DNA of 64,000 nucleotides from Terrimicrobiaceae bacterium (GTDB taxonomy: Bacteria; Verrucomicrobiota; Verrucomicrobiia; Chthoniobacterales; Terrimicrobiaceae), in NCBI GenBank assembly GCA_041752695.1, contig JBGSVZ010000019.1:1-64000 (forward strand), in the 5' to 3' direction. How positions within the stretch are numbered: the first letter of the stretch is position 1; each line of letters begins with the position of its first letter. The notes under the pieces are model-generated. The model made no database searches. It saw only the letters and a list, made by a program, of their open reading frames with translations, and had not been told where the DNA came from. The position numbers and the translations under genes were made by a program. Shown here one piece after another: positions 49,801-58,289 of the stretch.

Positions 49801-50760
49801 TCGCTCATTGTCCGCCAGAATGGGGGGTGTTAGATAGTTGACTGTAACTGTGCCACTTTTGCTTCCCCCATCCTGTACCCTCGGGAGGATGCTGTAAAGT
49901 CGTGCATTGTATTGATCTGCGGTTTCGCCTGATAGTGCGGGGAATATCACGCTTAAGGACGTCATCGCTGGATGACCGGGAAACCTCTGAAATTCATTTT
50001 GCGCAGGAATTGTCTGCGTCAACCTTGTTTCAAAACCCGTTGTTCCACTAGACGCCCACGGCCGATCCCAGAATGTCCCCTCAGATGCCGTATTGATATT
50101 AACTTTGCTGCTTTCATCATCCGTCCAGAAAGCAATTCGGCCAACGATGGGATCGGATGCGGAGGCCCCTGCGACGATTTGGGTAGCCGGATTCATCGCT
50201 GCAAGGGAACCGCTATTCAGGACATACATCCACTGCACAGGCATTGGCACGGGATTGATTTGCGTCGCTGAGGTGGCGACCGCCGCGTTGCCGGTATCCA
50301 AAAAGCATCCCTCAATCGGCCTAGAGGTGCCGGAAAGCGCTGCGCCGCCCGAAGTTCCAGACGCTACGGCCGTGGGATCAATAATCGGATAGCGATTCAC
50401 ACCTGCCACGGCGACCGGCTTGTTCAAATCAGTAAAAAGCGCGGCGCTGTCAGCCCAATTCCCCGGTACATCGGCGGCAGGATTAACGCTCCCGCTAACG
50501 CGAAGTTGGCCGGAGGAATAGAGTTTATAGGCTGTATCCAACGTGCCACTTCCCGTGTAAGTCCGAATCATACCCGGCTGCGAAGCCCAGGCGAGTTGAG
50601 GTTTTGCCGTGGCGTCTTGAATCTGGGAAATCACCAAACTGACCGCGGAATCCGCCAGGGCGCGCGCATCGGCTCCACTGGAATATTTTTTCGCGGACTG
50701 AAGTTCCACCGAAACACTGCTCAGGAACGCCACCACAAGCACCAGGACAAGCACCAGCAT
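46807..50760 (-). CDS. Verru_Chthon cassette protein A (true 5' end upstream and apparently frameshifted; see findings)
   Basis: WASQPG, YKLYSS, VGRIAFWTDDESSKVNINTASEG, EFQRFPGHPA, PPDHLFLDFF.MP.VEPYAISEPFSTAGKVNMNYQI, TGDNVRE.PY...RLTTKSNTFTVH, ERYLDP. Confidence 0.92.
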   Translation of the reverse strand: MLVLVLVLVVAFLSSVSVELQSAKKYSSGADARALADSAVSLVISQIQDATAKPQLAWASQPGMIRTYTGSGTLDTAYKLYSSGQLRVSGSVNPAADVPGNWADSAALFTDLNKPVAVAGVNRYPIIDPTAVASGTSGGAALSGTSRPIEGCFLDTGNAAVATSATQINPVPMPVQWMYVLNSGSLAAMNPATQIVAGASASDPIVGRIAFWTDDESSKVNINTASEGTFWDRPWASSGTTGFETRLTQTIPAQNEFQRFPGHPAMTSLSVIFPALSGETADQYNARLYSILPRVQDGGSKSGTVTVNYLTPPILADNERLFGTVDEFFFSATALSSGSRVVNPNGSGSTFSVGDIEKSRFFITANSRSPEVNMFNKPRVTLWPLQLDPEPITGKATRTAKDKLIAFCSTIGVGADAKEYFFQRYSTYDNSKNGPNDRGAGPYSPSQNPKPSSQSPALDWNQITRNRDVYAYLQSLTAAPIPGFGGSLSGPGGKYNSSTRDQILTEMLDFVRSNINVTTTGIATTSGTSGYSYAPFNPGNTNAWTGQFQVVPLSLPNGTKGFGNFGTITQAALVFFRSDNILVSGTEQTVAQQKYTGGVIPSAAVTSGTNPHMSAFLVLQPFTPSPGPPPWSANMRIRVRGLDQFLVTSGTVSTSLGFPADAINLVTARDGQSNATPFTGLELFTQYWPLNIKRPGMSTVGAANEEEFYPFVSNAIPINGTSFGLEGGSITIEIYSGYANTLDSEDLVQTIVMNFPDGNGWPVPLISWSKSDSKSDSTLPANDQSTITQFNLLTTRFGSTQTGGGYGVQQNGQHNPLPLIRNEDTVRAVEARHGGPARGDYRLIAGLKNVPDSYFEGHGLLDTPEDGKRYSDTAVASRLIHSLRVDSGAGQGMTSFSGGYYAGAGRAGKLLAAANYYVATNNPQKSNRAPAVPRGLAQADMANGVLGDWDTGIGSRRDGPFINKADLGNVGSNATVTNGYYNAQGHDRSANSAVVVDTGASFSPNRQISSAVSFGSLPTGIDPSDPAAAKPWQTLLFARNPLGGSQHPGFGVPFGGPPYNVPPDHLFLDFFTMPIVEPYAISEPFSTAGKVNMNYQIFPFTYLTRSTGVRAVLKSTRMMAIPTANAINYKYDSNSGQTVGAGFPPDFRYTINPDETTGTLAGFEERFGSGDIFRSASEICNIFLVPEKNVDGSSAPGSPSYGTMANWWRDYELTGDNVREGPYSHVYPRLTTKSNTFTVHVMAQSIAKANGTAPNQFVEGKDQVTGEFRGSFLIERYLDPNSDSLVNSAGDPTNELDPDGMVGPYKFRVVNTKRFAP

Positions 50761-50806
50761 GCCCAGAACGACGACGAGGGCGACGCCTCTGGAGTAAGAG
50801 GAATGG

Positions 50807-50827
50807 TTGATTGTTGATTGTTGATTG
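50807..50827. repeat. (TTGATTG)x3 heptamer repeat with degenerate flanking units
   Basis: ATGGTTG ATTGTTG ATTGTTG ATTGCTG in the 5' region of cassette gene A. Confidence 0.85.
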
Positions 50828-50911
50828 CTGAAAGGCTGGCGGCACGCCGTCCGTTTTTTAACCTTTCAACAAAAGGCAAAGCCGTTCTCTCAACTGTCCA
50901 CTTCGATTTCA

Positions 50912-52129
50912 TTACTTATTACTCCACTTGGCCTGGCGCATGATGATGTCGGTGCTGAAGACACGATAATTCAACTTTTGCGTATTGCCGGTGAGATTTC
51001 CGGGTTTCGCATTGCAGATGTCCTCCACGGCCTGAATGTCTTCGTCGAGTTTGGAGGCATCGGTAAACAGGCTTGTCCCGGAGAGGTCGATGGCAGAGGG
51101 TGCCGAGGTGCTGTCACCTTGGACCCGGGCCGCTGAGGCCTCGTCGATCACGATCATGATGGCCTTCACGACGGGCGGGAGCTGATGGTGCCGCGTCATC
51201 AGAGCCGACTTTCCATCGGGATCCGTGGCGGTAAGGGGATCCCCAGGAAACGCCGGGGAGGCTCCCGGCCACTCCGAGTCGCTGCTGGCACCAAGCTTCA
51301 CCCGGGAATTGTAATTATAACGCGGAGCGAGGGCCACCCCGCTCGCATCATCCCGTTCGGGCAGCTTTGGGAGCAGGACCAGAGCGATCACATTTTCCGC
51401 GATCACGCGGCTGTTGGTTCCGGCGTGATCGGTGAACCAGTCGTTTTTTTCGTTCGGCCCCTTGGACGGATCGTAAACCCCAAGCATCTCGCTGCTTTGG
51501 GTCATCTCCATCATGCGGAAGCGATTACGGGGTTTAAATCCCGCCGAATTTTTGATGAAGTCCGGTACCGCGGCCGCCCCGTCATCAAACTGCAGAAAAT
51601 ATCCGGTGGCATTCAGCGCATTATCGAGATTGTCATAAGCGACGGAATATCCCTTGGGGGCCTGAAAGAAAATGCCATGAGTCTGGGTTTTGATCGCGGG
51701 CTCGCTGGCCAGCAAAGTCGCCGCCTGACCGGACACAAAATGCAGATCGGACATGCGGTCGTAAGTGGTGGGAACAAAGTTCGCCAGGGCGGCCGAGGAC
51801 GTGAGGGACGACCGGGAGACATTCGCCGAGTCGTAATAATCATAATACGTATTCAACATCGCCTGGGCGAGGTTGCGCGTCATGGAATCGAACCCGGCCC
51901 TGGCTTCCTGAAAGGCCTGAATCTTAGCCGTGGCGCTGCGCCAGATCTTGCTGGTCTGGTCGGTGAAATTTAGAACGACCCCGACGATCACGATGAAAAC
52001 CACGCTCGCGACGAGAAGCTCAAGGATGGTGAAGGCGTAGCGGGAGGCAGAAGATGCTACAACCCGCACCTCTGCGGCTCCCATGCCTGCCCTCCCGGCG
52101 GGACGGCCTACAGTTTTCGGGATGACCAT
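50912..52129 (-). CDS. Verru_Chthon cassette protein C (pilin-like N-terminus)
   Basis: AFTILELLVAS, FQEARAGFDSMTRNLAQAMLNTYYDY, SDLHFVSG, THGIFFQAP.G, AENVIALVLLP, HQLPPVV. Confidence 0.92.
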   Translation of the reverse strand: MVIPKTVGRPAGRAGMGAAEVRVVASSASRYAFTILELLVASVVFIVIVGVVLNFTDQTSKIWRSATAKIQAFQEARAGFDSMTRNLAQAMLNTYYDYYDSANVSRSSLTSSAALANFVPTTYDRMSDLHFVSGQAATLLASEPAIKTQTHGIFFQAPKGYSVAYDNLDNALNATGYFLQFDDGAAAVPDFIKNSAGFKPRNRFRMMEMTQSSEMLGVYDPSKGPNEKNDWFTDHAGTNSRVIAENVIALVLLPKLPERDDASGVALAPRYNYNSRVKLGASSDSEWPGASPAFPGDPLTATDPDGKSALMTRHHQLPPVVKAIMIVIDEASAARVQGDSTSAPSAIDLSGTSLFTDASKLDEDIQAVEDICNAKPGNLTGNTQKLNYRVFSTDIIMRQAKWSNK

Positions 52130-52159
52130 AATGTCAAGACCACGCCGCTTGCGCGACCC

Positions 52160-52705
52160 CTAGAGTCCGTTGTCGGGAATCAGTGTGGTGAATTTTTTGA
52201 CATCAGGAGCGGATTTCAGATCCAAAGCCGCTCTTTCCGCGCTGCCCTTGGTGTTCAAAACCAGGATCGTTACCTTAGCCAGACGTTTGGAAACGGAGCC
52301 GTCCGGAAGAACGGTTTCGTCGGGCACTGGGAGGAATTCCGCCTTGTAAACGGCTTGGGCGCTGGTCTGAACCACTTTGCCCTGATCATCAAAATAATAG
52401 GGTGCCACATTCCCCTGTGAGTCCTCGCCCAAGCTGCCCAGCTTCTTAAAGTCCGTCTGCAAAGCCTGCGTTTTCAGCTGCTGCACAATCTGCGCCTCAA
52501 TGGTGGTATCCATGGCCTGGCGGGACACGCTCAAACCGACTGGCAACATGCCGAACATGGCGACGAAAGCGAAGCTGATGATCCCGATCGCCAGGGTCAC
52601 CTCGACCAAGGTAAAGCCCCGGGCCTGGAGACGTTGTCCAAGGCCAACGCCTGGGTGGAATTCCCGCCCAGAGTGCGGAAGAGGCTTGAGGGAGAGCTTT
52701 TTCAT
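52160..52705 (-). CDS. Verru_Chthon cassette protein B (pilin-like N-terminus)
   Basis: GFTLVEVTLAIGIISFAFVAMFGMLPVGL, YYFDDQG. Confidence 0.92.
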   Translation of the reverse strand: MKKLSLKPLPHSGREFHPGVGLGQRLQARGFTLVEVTLAIGIISFAFVAMFGMLPVGLSVSRQAMDTTIEAQIVQQLKTQALQTDFKKLGSLGEDSQGNVAPYYFDDQGKVVQTSAQAVYKAEFLPVPDETVLPDGSVSKRLAKVTILVLNTKGSAERAALDLKSAPDVKKFTTLIPDNGL

Positions 52706-52729
52706 GACGATTGCGTGGGGGATATTTCC

Positions 52730-52757
52730 TACGGTAACCGTATCCGAATGCTATGCA
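52730..52757 (-). promoter_or_regulatory. Putative promoter of the cassette operon with overlapping palindrome
   Basis: TTGCAT-N16-TACCGT; near-palindrome TACGGTTACCGTA over the -10 box. Confidence 0.45.
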
Positions 52758-53047
52758 AGAACTTTGTTTTTCATTTTCTGGGGGCGAGACTGCAGGAGAA
52801 GCTTCCCCCTTTTTTCGGGAAAATGCAAGTGCGTAGGCCATTTAGCTTGGCGATCAGGAGGGACGACAGGAACGAATAACTCCCCGTCGCTGCACGTTTC
52901 CAGGAACGCAATTTCCTTTGTAATAAAGCATTCGAATAGCGCAAGGACCGGTGTTTGCCTGGGCCGTGTGCGTCCTGATGGCCGACCTGAGCATCCAGAC
53001 AGGTTGCCCACTGAGGGCCGCTGAGAGATTCCATTCGATAAACGGGC

Positions 53048-53959
53048 ATGAATACGTCCGAACAACGTCCCGCATTTCGTGCCGCCGAGATGAAAGATCC
53101 CCGCAAGCTGTACGCCCGTCCTCCCTATTCCGCGGCAAAACAAGCTCCTCCCGGGTCGGAGGAGGAGATGCAACCGGCAGCTGATCACGGGGAAGAGAGC
53201 TATCAGGGCTCAGGGAAACTGCTGGACCGCCGGGCTCTGATCACCGGCGCGGATAGCGGCATTGGGCGGGCCGTGGCCCTCGCCTTTGCTCGCGAGGGGG
53301 CGGATGTGGCCATTTCCTACCTCTCCGAGCACGAGGATGCTCAGGAGACCCTTCGGCTGGTGGAGGAAGCGGGACGACAGGGATTTCTTCTGCCCGGAAA
53401 CATCGGAACGAAATCGGTCTGCGAGGACGTCGGGCAGCAGGCCATCGAGGCGCTGGGAGGAATTGATATCTTGGTCAACAACGCGGCCTATCAGCGCTCC
53501 TACGCAAAGTTCGAGGACATCCCGGACGACGAGTTCGAGGAGACGTACCGGGTGAATGTGTTTGCGATGTTCCGGCTCTGCAAAATCATTCTTCCTCAGA
53601 TGCCGGAGGGCGCGAGTATCATCAACACGGCCTCGATCCAGTCCTTCGACCCCGGCCCTGAGCTTCTTCCCTACGCGTCAACCAAGGCGGCCATCGCAAG
53701 TTTCACCTCCGCCCTTGCTGGACTGGCCATTTCGCAGGGCGTGCGCGTCAACGCCGTGGCACCCGGACCGGTCTGGACGCCTCTCATCCCCTCGACTTTG
53801 GACCCAAAGAAGGTCAAAAATTTCGGAGCGAACACCGTCTTCGGCCGGGCGGCGCAACCCGCGGAACTGGCACCACTGTTTGTCTTTTTGGCCAGCCACG
53901 AAGCCTCTTATGTCGCGGGTGAGATTCTCGGCGCGACCGGCGGCCGGATGCCTGTCTGA
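53048..53959 (+). CDS. SDR oxidoreductase (YghA/YhdF-like)
   Basis: DHGEESYQGSGKL, TGADSGIGRA, NNAAYQ, YASTK, NAVAPGPVWTPL. Confidence 0.93.
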   Translation: MNTSEQRPAFRAAEMKDPRKLYARPPYSAAKQAPPGSEEEMQPAADHGEESYQGSGKLLDRRALITGADSGIGRAVALAFAREGADVAISYLSEHEDAQETLRLVEEAGRQGFLLPGNIGTKSVCEDVGQQAIEALGGIDILVNNAAYQRSYAKFEDIPDDEFEETYRVNVFAMFRLCKIILPQMPEGASIINTASIQSFDPGPELLPYASTKAAIASFTSALAGLAISQGVRVNAVAPGPVWTPLIPSTLDPKKVKNFGANTVFGRAAQPAELAPLFVFLASHEASYVAGEILGATGGRMPV

Positions 53960-53978
53960 GGGGATCGGCAATGACGAG

Positions 53979-54866
53979 CTACTTCTGCTGCTGGAGAAAC
54001 TCCGCCGGGGCAAAGTCATCCGTCAGCACCGCCGCGCCGACCGCTGCTTCCCCGGAAAAATCCTGCGCCACCGCCGCCAGGATTTCCCGGAGCGTTCCGG
54101 AAAAACCGGCGAGGTCCGAGGCGCGAAATTCCTTCGACTCTCCCTTCCACGCCAGGGCGACCACATTTCCCGTGCCGGGCACAGCGAAGAGCCCCACCGA
54201 GGGAAAGACCGCTTTCAGCGTGGCCTGATCGCTGGCGAAAAGCCGGTTGCCAGCGTGCAGATTGAGGGCCACCACGCCACCCGGGGCCAGACGAGCTTTG
54301 AGCAGCTCGTAAAACTCTTTTGTCTTCAGATGCGGGGGCACGCTGCCGCCGGAATACGCGTCCACCAAAATCCAGTCCCAAGTCTCCGACCTCGACCGCA
54401 GAAAGGCCCGCGCGTCCTCAATCACGACCACATCCCGCTCTCCCGGTTGAAAACCCATAAATTCCACCGCCATGTCGCGCACCGTGGCATCCAGCTCCGC
54501 CGTCGTGAGATGCGCCCCCGGGAAAACCCTCCGCAGGTACCGGTTCATCGCCCCGCCACCGAGACCGAGCTGCAAAATCCGCCCGGGCTCCGGCTGCACC
54601 AAGGCCGCCGCCAGCATCGTGCGGGTGTAGGGAATGACCAGCCGTTCGGGATTGGAAAGGTCCACCGCCGTTTGCCGCGGGACGGCGCGCCCCGAGCGGA
54701 ATTTCAGATCCACGATGTCGCCGTCCCGTTCGACCACCACTTGATTGTAAAGCGACTCCCGGACCACCCGAAACTTTGTCGGGCTTTCCTCAAACGGTCC
54801 CCGCGCACGATCCTCACAGCCGCCAAGGGCCAGGCAAAAACCGAGAATCGTTAAACGCGCACGCAT
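53979..54866 (-). CDS. Spermidine-synthase-like SAM-dependent enzyme, predicted lipoprotein
   Basis: Lipobox LGGC; LGLGGG, AELD, EDARAFL, ILVDAY, VPPHL.T.EFY, LTDDFAP. Confidence 0.8.
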   Translation of the reverse strand: MRARLTILGFCLALGGCEDRARGPFEESPTKFRVVRESLYNQVVVERDGDIVDLKFRSGRAVPRQTAVDLSNPERLVIPYTRTMLAAALVQPEPGRILQLGLGGGAMNRYLRRVFPGAHLTTAELDATVRDMAVEFMGFQPGERDVVVIEDARAFLRSRSETWDWILVDAYSGGSVPPHLKTKEFYELLKARLAPGGVVALNLHAGNRLFASDQATLKAVFPSVGLFAVPGTGNVVALAWKGESKEFRASDLAGFSGTLREILAAVAQDFSGEAAVGAAVLTDDFAPAEFLQQQK

Positions 54867-55432
54867 CGCACAAGTAAGATCGCCGCCCCCGCCACTCCGA
54901 CCGTCCAGATCGCCAACAAAATGCTCACCGGCACCATCGGGATCAAAACGAAAGCCGTCAGCATAATGCCCGCGATATTTCCCAGCGTACCGACCGAATA
55001 AATCAACCCGGAAGCAAATCCCGCCGATTGACCGCGTTCACTCAGGCCTTGCACCAGCACGGGAGTGAAGGCCGCCAGCGCCGCCACCGGAGGAAGAAAA
55101 AGCAGCCCGCACGCGGCACCGAGCGCGAGGGTGAGCGGAGTTTCCCGCGCGTCCAGCCAATCCAGAAATCCCCGCGCAAACATGGCGTTGACGGCAAACC
55201 CGGCCACCGCAAAAACCGCCACCCAGGCCACCCCCCGTCGTCGCGTGGGGCCCGGCAGCCTCACCAACAGCCCGCCGCCCATGGATCCCAGACTGAAGCC
55301 CGCGAGAAATACCGAGATGATGAACGCCCAGACGATGATCGACGACCCGAACCATGGACTGAGCAGTCGCGAGCCCAGCAATTGGAAACCCATGCTGAAA
55401 ATCCCGAGCAAAAACGCGAGGAAGACCGGCAC
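54851..55432 (-). CDS. Membrane half of a split 'fused MFS/spermidine synthase'
   Basis: LGSRLLSPWFGSSIIVWA.IISVFLAG.SLG, SGLIYSVGTLGNIAG...FVLIP. Confidence 0.8.
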   Translation of the reverse strand: MPVFLAFLLGIFSMGFQLLGSRLLSPWFGSSIIVWAFIISVFLAGFSLGSMGGGLLVRLPGPTRRRGVAWVAVFAVAGFAVNAMFARGFLDWLDARETPLTLALGAACGLLFLPPVAALAAFTPVLVQGLSERGQSAGFASGLIYSVGTLGNIAGIMLTAFVLIPMVPVSILLAIWTVGVAGAAILLVRCVRV

Positions 55433-55435
55433 GAT

Positions 55436-56140
55436 TTAGGGGCCGTCCTCCCGCACGATGTGATCCAGCCGCCGCGCCTGCAGCCAGCGCACGCCGATCA
55501 TATCAACCGTTGCGCGCACCGCGCGGTTTCCGAGGCCGTATTTGCTGGTGCCGAACCGACGCGCCCGATGGTTGACGGGAATCTCCACCACCCGAAACCC
55601 CGCGCTTTTGATCAACGCCGGAATAAATCGATGCACCCCCTTGAACGGCGTCAGGGCCGCCACACATTCCCGCCGCATCGCTTTGAGCGTGCACCCCGTG
55701 TCCCGCACGCCGTCGCCCACAAACCGGCTGCGCACGAAGTTGGCGACGAAGCTGGAGGCTTTTTTCATCCCGCTGTCCTGGCGTTTCCTCCTCCAACCGC
55801 AAACCAGATCCGCCCCACCCTCGATCTCGACCAGCAGCCGGGGAATGTCCGCCGGATCGTTTTGCAAGTCGCCGTCGAGGAGCACGATCACCGGAGCTTT
55901 TGCCGCCCGCATGCCCGCCAGCAAGGCCGCACTCTGGCCCGCGTTTTTGGGAAATCGCAACAACCGCAGGCCTGGAGCTGCTTCCACCCGGTCTGCCGTG
56001 CCATCGGTCGATCCGTCGTCCACCAGGATCAGTTCGTAAGCGCGTCCGGCCAGCGCGGCGCGGATTTCGCTTTGCAGGGCGGGCAGATTTTCCGCCTCAT
56101 TAAAGAGCGGCACGACAACGGAAAAATCCGGCAAACTCAC
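55436..56140 (-). CDS. GT2 polyprenol-phosphate glycosyltransferase (ArnC/DPM-like)
   Basis: SVVVPLFNE, VDDGSTD, NAGQSAA, DGDLQNDP, DTGC, HRFIP. Confidence 0.92.
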   Translation of the reverse strand: MSLPDFSVVVPLFNEAENLPALQSEIRAALAGRAYELILVDDGSTDGTADRVEAAPGLRLLRFPKNAGQSAALLAGMRAAKAPVIVLLDGDLQNDPADIPRLLVEIEGGADLVCGWRRKRQDSGMKKASSFVANFVRSRFVGDGVRDTGCTLKAMRRECVAALTPFKGVHRFIPALIKSAGFRVVEIPVNHRARRFGTSKYGLGNRAVRATVDMIGVRWLQARRLDHIVREDGP

Positions 56141-57621
56141 AGCGGCAGGGTCTGGTAATTCTGGCAGAAATACAAATAAAGCGGCCCGCTTTCATTCCCT
56201 GCCGAAGGAAGCCGCTTGAGAAATGTGACCGACTCAAACGCTGCCTTGACGGCCTGCGGGACGTCGTTGGCGGACTCCCGCGAAACGTAAAGCGCACTCC
56301 GGCCCACAAAAGGATTCTCGCCTTTTTGTTCGGTAAAATATTCGTCCACCACCTTCTCCGATTCCACGAAGTCGTCATAGCTCGGCCAAAGCCCAAACTG
56401 ACTGGAGATATCTTGAGACTCCAGCTGATACACCGTCGGATGCCCTTCCGGCGGCACAAGTTCGTCCCGCAAAAAATAGCCCATGGCAGAGGCCAGAGGG
56501 ACGTCGCCGCCGATGAGAAAGAGCCCTTCGTGACCTTCGGACGACTGGGCCAGAAATGCCGCCTTCACCTCCACAGCCGTCTCTCGCCAGCCCCGACCGG
56601 ATTGGTAGGCCCAGAACACCGACGAAACCGAAAACACAGCCGCCAGCGCAAAGCCCACCGCCAGCACCGGACGGCCGATGGGTTTCCCCGGGAGCCAGGC
56701 CAGCAGTTTCGCAATCAAGAGCGGTGCGGCTAGGAGCAGGTAAAAAACGGGATCCTCGTCACGCAGCGCAAAATAGACCGCCAGCAGCACGGCCGGCAGG
56801 GTGCACAAAGCCACAAACCTCGCCCGCAAATGCACCCGCGACTCGCGCAGCGCCACGATCCAGGCGGCGAAAAGCACCACCAGAACCACCGGCGAAAATT
56901 TGTCAAAGAGCCGCGCCGTGGAAGAAATGAAGCCCACCAAACCAAACTCCCACAACGACCGAAACGTCCCGCGGAAGAGCGGCACCCATTCGTAGGACGC
57001 GTTCCACCGCAACGCTGGGATGAGCAGTGCCAGCGGCAGGCCAATCAAAAGCAGTAGCCCGAAGCCATCAACAGCGCGCTGGTGTTTTTTGGTGCAAAGC
57101 GTGAAAAGCACCACCCCGGGCACCACGACCAACGCCGCGTACGCAAACTGCGCCGCGAGGGCAAAACACACCGCCGCGCCGAGCCACCGCACCACGATGC
57201 CGCGCTCGGCGTGCAAAGCCAGCCACGCGCACCAAAGACCGAAGAGCACAAAGGTCAGCACTGGCAGTTCCGGACGCACCCGCACGGCGCAGGCATTAAA
57301 GACCGGCAAGGCATTAAGCGCCAGCGCCGTCCACATGGCACGCACGGGATTGTCCATCGCACGAACGAGCAGAACACACCCCACCGTGGCCAGCAGCGCC
57401 CAGACCGGAGCCCAAAGCCGCCAGAGAGTGTCGGAGACGTGGAACTCGCCCAAGGCCGCCAGTGCCATGGTCCCGGGCGGACCGTCAAAATACGCCGGAG
57501 CCGGATGCCGGGCGCAAAGCGCGTAATACGCCTCGTTCGCCGAGATCTCCTCGTACGAGACCACCGCGACCCGCAGCACGGTGAGCACCAGGACAAGGAG
57601 GGCGAAGGTTTTGCCGTTCAT
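56137..57621 (-). CDS. GT-C membrane glycosyltransferase (ArnT/PMT-like)
   Basis: NEAYY, YFDGPP, multiple TM helices, periplasmic C-terminal domain. Confidence 0.8.
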   Translation of the reverse strand: MNGKTFALLVLVLTVLRVAVVSYEEISANEAYYALCARHPAPAYFDGPPGTMALAALGEFHVSDTLWRLWAPVWALLATVGCVLLVRAMDNPVRAMWTALALNALPVFNACAVRVRPELPVLTFVLFGLWCAWLALHAERGIVVRWLGAAVCFALAAQFAYAALVVVPGVVLFTLCTKKHQRAVDGFGLLLLIGLPLALLIPALRWNASYEWVPLFRGTFRSLWEFGLVGFISSTARLFDKFSPVVLVVLFAAWIVALRESRVHLRARFVALCTLPAVLLAVYFALRDEDPVFYLLLAAPLLIAKLLAWLPGKPIGRPVLAVGFALAAVFSVSSVFWAYQSGRGWRETAVEVKAAFLAQSSEGHEGLFLIGGDVPLASAMGYFLRDELVPPEGHPTVYQLESQDISSQFGLWPSYDDFVESEKVVDEYFTEQKGENPFVGRSALYVSRESANDVPQAVKAAFESVTFLKRLPSAGNESGPLYLYFCQNYQTLPL

Positions 57622-58265
57622 GCCGTGAGCAAACAGGGGTGACGGTCAAAAACCTGCGGCACCCAGCGGGCGCCGAACACCCTCCAGAGTTTTTCCAGCC
57701 CCGCGCAAACCAGGAGAGCGAGCCCTGTCCCGAGGAACGCTGAGATCACGACATCGGACGGCCAGTGCGACCCCACATAAACCCGGCTGTAGGCCACCAG
57801 CACCGCCGGGATATAGACCAGCCAGCCCCGCCGCCGGTAAAAAAGGGCGGCCACCGTGGCAAGGGCGAACGTGTTTGAGGCATGACCCGACGGAAAGGAA
57901 TTGCCTTGCGCCGGCTGGATGCGCGCCTCGGAAAAACTTTCGCGGAGCGGTTCGCCCAGCGCCAAAATCCGCGGACTCACATGTTCCAGGTCAAGGGAAC
58001 GCACCCCTTCCAGCATCTCATTGGGCCGCGGACGCCCCACCATGTCTTTCAGCGATTTCACCACCAGTCCGTCATTGAGACCGATGGCCAGGCCGGCCGC
58101 CAGCACAAACGCCCGGAAACGGAACCCGCCGAAAATCACGCCAACGATTCCCCCCACCACCAACAACGGCCACCAAAAGTCGAAACTCGACATCACCGCC
58201 ATCAGCCCATCCAACGCGGGATGCGTGGCGGAGCGGTTAATGACGAAAAGAAGCTGTTGATCCAT
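57618..58265 (-). CDS. PAP2 family phosphatase
   Basis: K...GRPRP, SFPSGH, SRVYVGSHWPSD. Confidence 0.92.
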   Translation of the reverse strand: MDQQLLFVINRSATHPALDGLMAVMSSFDFWWPLLVVGGIVGVIFGGFRFRAFVLAAGLAIGLNDGLVVKSLKDMVGRPRPNEMLEGVRSLDLEHVSPRILALGEPLRESFSEARIQPAQGNSFPSGHASNTFALATVAALFYRRRGWLVYIPAVLVAYSRVYVGSHWPSDVVISAFLGTGLALLVCAGLEKLWRVFGARWVPQVFDRHPCLLTA

Positions 58266-58289
58266 GCGTGGCGGCGGATAGCGTTCGGC

